Of a stretch of DNA of 64,000 nt, positions 36,560 to 46,354 are shown in pieces. Positions within the stretch are counted from its first letter, which is position 1. Every line of letters starts with the position of its first letter. The position numbers and the translations under genes were made by a program. Origin of the DNA: Botryllus schlosseri (lineage: Eukaryota); contig CM119376.1 in NCBI GenBank assembly GCA_051294905.1, forward strand, positions 1,984,001 to 2,048,000. The letters run 5' to 3'. The notes under the pieces are model-generated. The model made no database searches. It was not told the DNA's origin and saw only the letters and a list, made by a program, of their open reading frames with translations.

Positions 36560-39500
36560 AACACGTCGTTCAACCACCGGAGTGATCTGGGATCGCTTGC
36601 CTTAACTGTTCGCCTATAACAGAAAGGCTGCCGTGTGCAACTCTGGTCGAGGTCCTACACGTCGGGATTCCTCGCCACCTCGCTGTAAAGCATCTTCAAA
36701 GCAGCGAGACGAACTGCCACGCCGTCCAAAACAACATCATAAGAAGCGGAAGAAGAGCAACATCAATACCGCTTCAAAAGGACGGTGCAAGATCGACGGC
36801 GAATCGTTGGGAATTAACATCTATATCAATAGAGAGCCGTCGATCTGCAAAGGCGAGGAAAACCCGGGTGTTAACGCGCATTCGTAAGGTAAATTTCGTT
36901 TTTACCGTTCGCGTTAACATACGTGTAGGGCGTAGCAGTAGCGCTGCTGACGCGGGGGTAATCAAGTTCGGCGTGTGTACACAATTACGTCTGGCCTGTA
37001 TCCTAACGCGTTCGCTATTCCTCTCTGCACCCTTAGTTAACCTATATATTGTGTTTGTAATTGTCCGTTGTTATTCGTTTGTATTGTCGCCTTTTCTGTC
37101 CCCTCTAATAGCGAACGCCGGTGCAGGCCTCTTAGTCTTTACTTCCTGTTATTGTTCTAATTCTTATTTCATTACATTCAATTGTATTCGATTCTTGATC
37201 TTGACTGTATTAATATTAACCGTAATAGGTCGCGACTCGGTCACCTTTAGGCATTTAGTCCGCGCAATTTCTTCACGATGGCAAGTGGAAAAACTAGTCC
37301 TCTCGTTGTCCCGTATCACGGTCCATGAACGAGCGCTGATGTCTTGTGTCCGAAACCAAATTGCGGTTTGTCGTTCTCTGCATTTGTTCGATTAGCGGAG
37401 CATTTGGCTTTTTCCACCCCTGTGACAGTCTTAAATGTAGTAATTTTTTTTTCTAATTCGGACCATAAAATAAGCTGTCACTATAGGCGGTACAAGGGCA
37501 CGCGACATCATAGTTGGTTTGCCTGTCCGACTTGTGGAAAGTGTTTTAACGCGGTTCCGAAAGCGAAGGACCATTTTAAATCCAGCCACCCCGAGTCTGC
37601 TATCCCCCTGGATTCGGCTTTTGAACAATCTGGAATCCCTTTGGAAAATTTATTGACTGCTTCAATTAAATGTAAAGGCAGTGATACTAGGTATCCTTGC
37701 CCAGTTACCGGTTGCAATAAACAGGGCTTCCCGTACAAACTGTTGGTTTCGCTCCAGAACACATTTTGAGCAAGCACGGCATCACAAAAAACTTTGCGTG
37801 TGCGGCAGGTGTGACCAATCGACAATTCCTGCGCAGCCAGGTATGATCTCTGCCAAGAACCATTGGTCCGCCTGCTGCCTACGGAGGAGCTGTGTCTGCT
37901 TCCGGTAACTTATCCCCAGCCACGTCCACGACTGTTTCGCGAGTCGACTCGATCTCCCCTATTTCTTCGCGTTCTTTAGTCCCCTTTGCCGTTGACGCAG
38001 CGGAAAGTTCTGCTACTTCTTTTCCCGGTACTATACCGGACCCTGCCTTATCCGTGGCCAATCTTTCATTTTTGTCGGATACCACCTCTGTGATAACCGT
38101 ATCATCTCGACCTTGATCACGGATTTCGAATAATTCACGACGCTCTGTCATTTCTTCTAAAAATTCTAAACATAAAGTAAAGTCCATGAGATTCTCTCCT
38201 TCCTCTCATAGTAATAGCTCCGCCTCTTCCACTACCTCCTCTGGGCCGCGCGACTCATCAACAGTCGTGACGTCGCCAAATTCTTCTGCGCCCCGAACCC
38301 CGTCCCCAATTCTTATTAGTCGATTCCCGGTCCGTAGGCCAGTCACTGGGGCCTTACCTGCCGCCCGTGCCTGGCTTCGGACTGCCGGGGATAGTAGACA
38401 GTCCCTAGGCCGTCGTACCACAACAACTCCAAAAATCGTGGTTTCCCCCCAAGGGATTTTACTCCCTCCCCACCCCAAACGTTAGTGAAGAGTCGTTTGG
38501 CCCCTGTCTCTTCACCAGGCCCTATTCCATCGCTTTCGGAATTGTTTAAAACACCTTTGCCCGGCAGCTCGGGCTCTACTCAAGAGCTCCTTGCCGGGTT
38601 GGACCGGGGAAGTCCCTTCCCCACCACACGCGATGATCTGCAACAGATATCGTCGGCGGGAACGAGTCCGAACATTGTAGACTCGCCTCCCGTCGGTCAG
38701 AGCGTGTCTCCCCCGCGCCCACCAGCGGAAGAGACTCGCTCTGTGACGGCTGAATCAGCGGTCGGCCGCTCCGAAGTTACCGGAGCTGTCGATGGCTGTG
38801 AAAGCCCGACGAGACTGTCTCCTTCGGTAAGTCCACGTGACGAATTAAATTTCGACGTGCCTTCTCCCGAACCGAGCGCACCTCGTGCACAAGTAGATCT
38901 GCGCGAGTTCCGCTCGGAGCTTGCGGACTTGGTGTCCGGATGTCCTCACAACACCGAGGCTTTCGGGCACCTTGAACGTGAGTTGGAGCTCTGGACTGAC
39001 CCTGCCTCTGATTGCAGCCGCCCTCCCGGCCGTAAACGCCCTAGGAATAGATACTCGCGCGAAGCAAAACGGCGTGCAAAGGTCAATCAATTGAATGGCC
39101 AGCGCGAGTGTCGACCTGGGGCAGCACAACATCTACGGTCCGCAATCAGAAGGAAATGGTCAGACAGATCATCGAGGATGATTCTGGCAGTAAACGGTGC
39201 GAAATTCCTGCTGACGTCATCGAGCGGAAATTTCGTGCTGACGCTGCCGCTGCGGTTTCTGATAATGACGCTGCTTTTCCTTGGTGGATGACTCAGCAAA
39301 GTTACCAGGGCGACCTTGCTTCTGCTGTTGATGACGAGCCGATTACTTCTTTAGAGGTAGCGGGAGCACTGGCGACCTTAAACACAAGTAGCTTGCCAGG
39401 CTCCGATGGTCTCACCTATGGATTTTGGAAACGCTTAGACCCCAAGGGAGAAATCCTCTCTGAGCTTTTCGAAATTTGTAGGCGTTGCCGACGTATTCCA

Positions 39501-41880
39501 CTTATGTGGCGCTCGTCGCGGGTAATCCTGATTCCAAAGGACCGCGACGGCGACATGCAAGACGTTGGCAACTGGAGACCCATATCGCTATCCAGGACAC
39601 TGTATAAGATCTACGCGTCCGTAATCGCTCGCCGTCTTCAGAGCAGGGCATCCGATGGAGATGTCATCTCCATGGAGCAAAACGGGTTTGTTCCGCGAGA
39701 GGGGGTCTTCGAGCACGTGTTCATGCTTGAGTCCTTGCTTGCGGATGCCAAGTCGTCAAGGCGGGATATTTATCTTGCCTGACTTGACATCCGCAATGCT
39801 TTTGGTACCGTTCGGCATGGATCCGTGATCGAAGTCCTGAAGCACTTTAACGCCCCGGAGTATCTGATGGAGGTGATGACCGATATTTACGCGTCTAACG
39901 TGTTTTCAGTCGCGACCTGTTCTGGTCCGACTGACCTCATTCCAGCGGGGAAGGGTGTCCGTCAAGGATGCCCTTTATCGGCCATCACCTTCAACGTGGT
40001 CATGGAGGTTCTCCTGCGTGTTGTTGCTGGGCTGCTTCGGAGCAGCTGTTATCGGTTTTCCGCGGCGGATGGCGTCACAGTCAGAGTTCAGGGTTACGCA
40101 GATGACACCTGTCGGTATGCTTCGTCTCGCGTCCAGCTTCAAGCACAATTAGACCTGTGCGATGAATTTTCTCGGTGGTCTGGTATGAAGTTCAAACCCG
40201 CCAAGTGTCGTGTTCTTGCCTTGGGGTTCAAGGGAAGCCGATCGATAGTGGACTCGGCCCCGTTCCGCCTTGATGGTGGCGAGGTCCGGGTCCTCGATCG
40301 TGACTCTTTCTGGCGATACCTGGGCAAGAACATGGGGTACCAGGCAACCGAGAAAGGTGGAAAGGCGCTTAAAACTTTCTAGGCCTATTGTGACAGGCTT
40401 TTTCTGACACATCTCACTTCCTTTCAGAAGCTGCTCGCACTGCAGAGGTTCGTTATTCCAAGAATCCTTTTTCAGTTGAGAATCCGCAAGTTTTTCCGCA
40501 GCGATCTGCGTCGCCTGGATGCGCGTAACCGCACGTTGGTGAAGGCGGAATTCCGCCTCCCTAACAGAGCGTGTCAGCTCTTCTTTCATGCTGGGCTGAC
40601 GATTGGCGGTCTGGGGATCCCCAACCTCTGCTGCGAAGCAGACGTGTTGAGGCTTTCCCAGTCCGTCAAAATGGTCAATTCCACTGACCCCTCTGTGCGA
40701 ACGGTTGCGCGTGGAAGGTTGGCGCTGGTCGTCCGGAGAACTTGCCGAGTCCCAGAGGCGTCGGAGACCCTGACAGTCGAGCTTTTAAACTGCGTGAGTC
40801 TAACAGGGCACGACTCCAGGGCGTACGGAGTCGCCTACGGGCTTTGGACCGAGGTCCGACCCGTTGCTATGCGTCTCGGGGCTCGCTGGTTCGTGACCGA
40901 AGACGGGCTCTATCAGTTGGCTCTAGGCGCCGACTGCTGTGAGGATTTGGGGAGGTTAACCAAATTCCTTCACCTGAAGGTGAACCAACGTTGGTGGATG
41001 GAGCTTCCCGATCAGGGCAAAACTGTGGAGTGCCACAGCCGGTACGGGAGCTCCAATCGCTTCTTCCGGTCTTCCAACGTCCTGACGGCAGTCGAGCGTA
41101 GCTGGATGCTTAAAGCTCGACTGAATCTTCTACCGCTCCGGTCGATCCGGGGTCGGTTTAGAAAACGTGGGGAGCCAAGTGTGGTCTGCTGCAAGTGCGG
41201 ACAGCATACTGAGACCCTGCCCCACGTACTGAACCTCTGCCTGCCAGTGATGGATAGCATCACGAACAGGCACAATTCGGTACTTGGGGTGCTCCTGGAC
41301 TGTATACCAAGCTCTTCTTCTTTTTCCAGATGCGATGTGGACCGCGTTTGCGAGGAGCAGGCCACATTGGCCAACACCCGGCTGAGGCCCGACCTCATCC
41401 TGGCGGATCGTTGCCGGGTCTTAGTCATCGATGTGGTGTGCCCCTTCGAGAATGGAGTAGCCAGTATGGACGCTGCCGTTGCACTGAAACACGCAAAGTA
41501 CAAGGACCTCTGTGAGTCTCTCCGCCTTGCCACGGCCAAGGAGGTGGAGATGCATACGTTCGCGGTCGGGTCCCTGGGGAGTTACCACCCCGGGAACCTG
41601 ACCACCTTACGCGCGATGGGTGTTTCGGTCTTCGAGTCCAGACTGGTCTCCGAGTGAGCCGTGGTCGCTTCTCAGCGCGGCTCTCATCGTGTCTGAAAGG
41701 CTTGGTGTAGTGTACGGGACCACGAGAGGACTTGACTCCCCCTTCACGTGTTCCTTATTTGTTATATGACTGTTGTTATCCGGCATTTAGCTTAATCCGC
41801 CAGCCATCACGGGGTTCGACTGCAGGCAACTAGACACCGGCTTGATTCACGGAACTCCTCCCCAAATTAACATAAAAGGA
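36560..41880 (+). mobile_element. Restriction-like-endonuclease non-LTR retrotransposon (NeSL/Utopia/R2-group), inactivated
   Basis: Single-ORF layout of N-terminal zinc fingers, RT, CCHC and PD-(D/E)xK nuclease. The 5' and 3' boundaries are approximate. Confidence 0.88.
37278..41657 (+). pseudogene. RLE-LINE polyprotein: 3-4 zinc fingers, RT, CCHC, RLE; several stops and frameshifts
   Basis: CPKPNC..F..L.EH, CPTCGKCF..DHF..H, CPVTGC; LPGSDG, NWRPISL, EQNGF, LDIRNAFGTV, GVRQGCPLS, GYADD, YLG; CCKCGQHTETLPHVLNLC, RHN, RPDLIL...IDVVCPFE, KHAKY. Confidence 0.92.
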
Positions 41881-42333
41881 CCCTAGTGTGGTTTTAATTT
41901 TTGATTGTAGTTTTCTGAGCGGTTCCAAATGCTAAGGGGAGGAGTTCCCCCACCACATGAACGATAATTTTTATTTTTGAATTTCATCACCACAATTGTT
42001 AAGATAATGCCTGCAGTCGGACCTCGCCAGTTCGCCCGCTTTCTTTTGTGTTGTTTGTCGGCCCTCACCACCATATATTGTGCGTTTTTGGTGAGGGCCT
42101 TGTGTGTTGGTGTCCCCAGTCCCTGGGCGAACTGACCGTGTCTTCTCTTGCCCATGTCTATTTATTATCGCATTTTTTGTATGTGATTTTCGCCATTTAT
42201 TTATTATAATCTGGAACTTTTTTCCCCACCGCCGCAAATGGTGGGTATTGTTCCGTATTTATGTTCTGCATAAATTTCGAGGTGACCGAAGTCGCGATTA
42301 TATTTACTCATTGTGCACATTTCTTATCCAATC

Positions 42334-42381
42334 GGCCTCGTGGCCTAATGGGTAAGACGTCTGACTTCGAATCAGAAGATT
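42334..42381 (+). tRNA. 5' 48 nt of a tRNA-Arg(TCG)-like sequence; no T-arm or 3' acceptor strand, so not functional
   Basis: GGCCTCGTGGCCTAATGGGTAAGACGTCTGACTTCGAATCAGAAGATT has an A-box D arm and anticodon stem TCTGA-CTTCGAA-TCAGA with a TCG anticodon. Confidence 0.85.
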
Positions 42382-42425
42382 CGGCGGTACACATACTAAT
42401 ATTGGAACAATACAGAGAAGACTTG
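42380..42425 (+). ncRNA. U6: U6 snRNA fragment, 5' part, fused to the tRNA half and split by the Gypsy insertion
   Basis: TTCGGCGGTACACATACTAATATTGGAACAATACAGAGAAGACTTG matches the U6 copy at 24997-25089. Confidence 0.88.
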
Positions 42426-42684
42426 TGTAGCGTCCCTTTCCTGGTCTGGTTCAATAGTCCGATTCCTTCATATACTGCTGATTTGCACTTTATGCAGCCA
42501 CAGACTCCAGTCGTATTATCTTAGTAACATTTAATTAAAAAGCAGCAACTTACTACCGTACTCAGTGCTCACTCCAACCCCAGACCAATCCCGTCGACCG
42601 ACTAACAAAGGAAAGCGCGCGGAAAGTTTCACCAAAAATTTTACAACCGGAAAATATCAAGATGTCAAATACTGGGTTTTCACA
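42426..42684 (-). repeat. Gypsy 3' LTR
   Basis: Direct repeat of 45755-46013; PPT (minus GAGGGGGTAG) adjacent at 42685-42694. Confidence 0.95.
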
Positions 42685-42895
42685 CTACCCCCTCGTATTT
42701 TTGATGGAGATTCTCTTAATAGCAATCGAAATCAATATGGTCGAGCGAACGGAGTTTGCAAGAAAGAAGCAACAACATAAACATACTAAACAAGAGCTAA
42801 ATGCTTAGGGCATCAAATAGAAATCGTTCAAGTTAACGGGACGACGTCACTGACAAGATTCGAAGTCTGCATCCCCGCGGGAAGTATCAGGCATC

Positions 42896-43597
42896 TCAAC
42901 ATCTACATTCTAACCTTCGACCTCCGGATCGGATTTCTTCATCAAGGTTGCGCGAGGTCAGCCTCACGCAAGCAATGTCGCAAGTTGACGACACGTAAAA
43001 CCAGGTTCTTTTTTTTTTCACCAACGTTTGGCTGTATTCTCTATTATTACTGGGGTTACTCCGACAACGAAATTTCGTTTCTGCATCTGTAGTTTTCCGT
43101 GATCTCATTTTCTTCGGTTCTTCTCCCACTGCAGTTTCCGTCTTACTTCGTCTTTTCTCACCCACTTTCTGGGGTTCGACGACTGTGGGTTTTGGAGCAA
43201 CACGTTTTTCTACAATCTTACTACCTCGAGTCTTTCGTTTGACTGCCACCTCACTCTGGGTAGGCTGGCCTTCAATTATCTCACCCCCCGAGGTAATGGT
43301 CCCCGAACTCATACCAGAATTGAGCTGATTGGTCGGCCAATCGACAACGGCCACTTTCAATCTCCTGGATTTTGCTCGTTTCCCAATGTACATCGTCACA
43401 GGCGAGTTCACATGATGCGACAAGGATTGCTGCTTCGGAGTCGTTCCAACAAATCTACGATCGCTTTTGGCAGGTTTCTGACGCTGGACATTTACATTAG
43501 CGGGTTTTGTCTTTTTCTTCGCATTCTTCTTGACAACGTCGGACCAGAGCAGGACCCTGCTCTTGCGTCTTTCCAGACTCTCTCTCGGAATGCCCAT
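42896..43597 (-). CDS. Basic Lys/Arg-rich 233-aa ORF of unknown function downstream of the deleted pol
   Basis: Open frame whose ATG overlaps the upstream stop (TAATG); no domain recognised. Confidence 0.4.
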   Translation of the reverse strand: MGIPRESLERRKSRVLLWSDVVKKNAKKKTKPANVNVQRQKPAKSDRRFVGTTPKQQSLSHHVNSPVTMYIGKRAKSRRLKVAVVDWPTNQLNSGMSSGTITSGGEIIEGQPTQSEVAVKRKTRGSKIVEKRVAPKPTVVEPQKVGEKRRSKTETAVGEEPKKMRSRKTTDAETKFRCRSNPSNNREYSQTLVKKKRTWFYVSSTCDIACVRLTSRNLDEEIRSGGRRLECRC

Positions 43598-44397
43598 TAT
43601 CGCAGAATTGGCCCGGATCTACGTCGGGTGCAACACGGGTTCTCTGCCTTTGTATCGCCAGGAGTTTCCTTGCTGTCAAACTTTGCAGCTACAATTTTCA
43701 TTTCTTCGCAGGAGCCGGTTTTCGGTGTCCGTCGCAATGAGCCTCTCCTCCCCAGCACCGGGGACCCTCCTTCAGACGACGCTCTCTTTACTGGCTGTCC
43801 CGTATGCCTACTTTTGTGCTGTGAATCAGAACTTTCTCTTCTTTCTGTTTTAAACGGAGTATTTTTCTCGTGCAGCAGTGGGATTTCAACATCGTCGTCA
43901 ATGATCACCTGGCAGAAAGGTACCCTGTCATGACTGGTGAGTTTCACTTCTTCTCCTGCGACGTCCAGTATTCCGGAAGAGAGATGCATGACACACTCAT
44001 GACTCTTCAAAAAGTCCATTCCAAGAAGTCCGATTGGCACACCCAAATCCGCTACAACCACCGTCTGTCGAGCCGCCACCAAGCCAACGTTGAGCTCCAC
44101 TTTCACGGTACCAGAGATGTCCAGTGGGTATCCTCCCACCGCATCGAACGAACGCGTACACGGATTCAGAACACTACCAATCGATTCTAGAAGTGATTTA
44201 TCTAGTAATGTCGTACCAGCGCCACTATCCACCATAAACCATATCGATTGAGTATTCACCTCAATTTCAGCATACCAGCTATCTTCCCACTGGATAGCTG
44301 AAATCCATGGTCTCAAAAACAGGTCCATTTTCTTTTCATCATCAACAATCGCAGTAGCAGGCGATGAGGACCTCATGCCTGCTGCATCGCGTTTTTT
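43597..44397 (-). CDS. Pol remnant: aspartic protease fused to an unrecognised tail
   Basis: FMVDSGAGTTLL and GLLGMDFL retropepsin motifs; in the -1 frame relative to gag. Confidence 0.88.
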   Translation of the reverse strand, partial: KKRDAAGMRSSSPATAIVDDEKKMDLFLRPWISAIQWEDSWYAEIEVNTQSIWFMVDSGAGTTLLDKSLLESIGSVLNPCTRSFDAVGGYPLDISGTVKVELNVGLVAARQTVVVADLGVPIGLLGMDFLKSHECVMHLSSGILDVAGEEVKLTSHDRVPFCQVIIDDDVEIPLLHEKNTPFKTERRESSDSQHKSRHTGQPVKRASSEGGSPVLGRRGSLRRTPKTGSCEEMKIVAAKFDSKETPGDTKAENPCCTRRRSGPILR

Positions 44398-45678
44398 GAT
44401 ACAGGGTCGTTCGGCATTGTAAAACCGAGTGTTGGGCAGTCCCTCCTCATGTGCCCTTCTTCACGACAGTTGAAGCAACGGCGAGCTCCTGGCGGTACAT
44501 TTGGGCATTGCCTGGCTCAATGACCATGCTGTTTACATAGCGGACAAGGTTTGGTCGGCGTATTCTGTTGTACCAGCTTCAGCAGCAAATCCTTGAGCTC
44601 ACTCAGAGTATCATCCATCTTGGGAATCGGCTCATCCGACGACGAATGACATTCGTTCCCAGTCACAGAAGCGATGCCAGCACGCGGCTTGCCCTCTCTC
44701 TTAACAGTATTGTCCATAGCGTCGAGGTAATAGTATTGAGTGGCGAGTGCTATTGCATCTTCTAATGACTTCGGCTGCTGCATGGCAACAAGCTTGCGCA
44801 TTTCGTTGTCAGCAATTCCCCTGAAAAACTGCGTCTTCAACATCACGTCCCGCCCAGGCAAATCCAGCGATGGAAATGCTTTTGTTGCCAGTAACTTTAA
44901 AGCGGCTCCATACTCCATGGGAGTTTCGGCATTGTTCCGTACCCTATTGTCAAACATTGCCCGGTAGGCCATTTCTCCCCCCGTGGGATTGAAGAAATTC
45001 TGCATATGCGCCACAACTATCGCATAGTTGTTCCGATCTGACGGTGCTAGTTCAGAGAGTAAGTCAAGAGCTTGCCCTAGCATACAAGTTGCTAATTCGT
45101 AGCCCTTTTCATAGTCATCCCATCTGTTATACTCGGCCACCGCTTCAAAATGGCATATATAACTATTCCAAGAGCTAGTTCCGTCAAACGGTTGAGGCCG
45201 TTTAGGTCTATAACGACCAGAATTATTGGTCAAATGTTGCTCCATGACTGGGGCTAAATTTCTCGACATAGAAATACCATCACTTACGGCTGACTTTCCT
45301 GATGACGGACTGACTGGTTCCGGGAATTTTTCAACAACCGGCTCTGACGAGGTCACAATTTCCTGTTCTTGCTCAACCGACTCACGTTCAGTAGTCGCAG
45401 CGGCAGGTTGAGCTGGGCAGTGTAGCGCCGGTTACCGTCCGAATAAAAGTCATAATCTCGGCTAGTCCTTGTTCAAGACCATCAATTCTATTACTCAGTC
45501 GAGCTTCCGTTTTTAACAGCCTTTCTTCCTGTAGTGCAATCTTTCTGTTTAGATATTCCTTCAATTCTCCCACTGCTCTACTGACGAAGGCAGAATATTG
45601 TTCTTCACTTTCCCGATCGTTTGCCTCATGCTTCTCAATAGATTCGCGCTGGGTCTTTCTACTTCTGGTTTTTGTCAT
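44373..45678 (-). pseudogene. Gypsy gag (capsid + two CCHC), one frameshift and one W>stop
   Basis: PQPFDGTSSWNSY..HFEAVAEYNRW, QFFRGI, CPLCKQHGH*ARQC, CFNCREEGHMRRDC. Confidence 0.9.
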
Positions 45679-45732
45679 CCTTTCGGTACCGTAGCGTCGC
45701 CGTTATTCCAATAGCACAAATCAGTACAGTAT

Positions 45733-45750
45733 GTCCTGGCGTGCTCGCCA
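45733..45750 (-). promoter_or_regulatory. Primer-binding site, tRNA-Arg-like
   Basis: Minus strand TGGCGAGCACGCCAGGAC lies 4 nt from the 5' LTR. Its complement ...TCCTGGCGTGCTCGCCA resembles the tRNA-Arg(ACG) 3' end. Confidence 0.75.
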
Positions 45751-45754
45751 AATT

Positions 45755-46013
45755 TGTAGCGTCCCTTTCCTGGTCTGGTTCAATAGTCCGATTCCTTCAT
45801 ATACTGCTGATTTGCACTTTATGCAGCCACAGACTCCAGTCGTATTATCTTAGTAACATTTAATTAAAAAGCAGCAACTTACTACCGTACTCAGTGCTCA
45901 CTCCAACCCCAGACCAATCCCGTCGACCGACTAACAAAGGAAAGCGCGCGGCAAGTTTCACCAAAAATTTTACAACCGGAAAATATCAAGATGTCAAATA
46001 CTGGGTTTTCACA
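45755..46013 (-). repeat. Gypsy 5' LTR
   Basis: Direct repeat of 42426-42684. Confidence 0.95.
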
Positions 46014-46042
46014 CTTGCATGGCCCCTGCGCAAGGATGACAC
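46014..46042 (+). ncRNA. U6: U6 snRNA fragment, continuation after the Gypsy element
   Basis: CTTGCATGGCCCCTGCGCAAGGATGACAC. Confidence 0.88.
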
Positions 46043-46354
46043 ATGTGCACATTTCCTTTGATGGTATGATGCCGAATAAAATATTACAAAAAAATGTTAT
46101 CGGTAAGTTATGTGGTAAGAAATCAAATTAGCGGTACGCCATGGGAAAAGGTATGAGAAACACTGAATTAAATGAAGAGACGCCAGAGGATAAACGTGAC
46201 CTTGCTGCTGCACTTGCACATGTCGATTTGGAGGCGCACAGTTATACCGTACGCCGACTACTCTCTGAATTACACGAGCAAATGCCCGTTCTTTGGTGAT
46301 AGCTTTTTAATCATACGGCGAAATTCAAGAGTGTTTTTGTGTGTGCCTGACAAT

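Larger units (their letters stand above)
42426..46013 (-). mobile_element. Gypsy/Ty3 LTR retrotransposon, internally deleted (gag + protease, no RT/RNase H/integrase)
   Basis: 259-bp TG..CA LTRs differing at one position seen by eye; 4-bp TSD CTTG (42422-42425, 46014-46017); PBS and PPT place it on the minus strand. Confidence 0.95.

Noticed and set aside
36593-36604. ATCGCTT-GCCTT resembling the U2 snRNA 5' end (Utopia target)
   Set aside because: It needs a 4-nt gap, is only 12 nt long, and no U2 sequence appears at the 3' junction.
36580-36700. Possible HDV-like or twister ribozyme at the 5' end of the RLE element (TTCCTCGC loop; GCCT-TAA-CTGTT hairpin)
   Set aside because: I could not build the required P1/P3 or P2/P4 pseudoknot pairings by eye. 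It needs an Infernal or RNArobo search.
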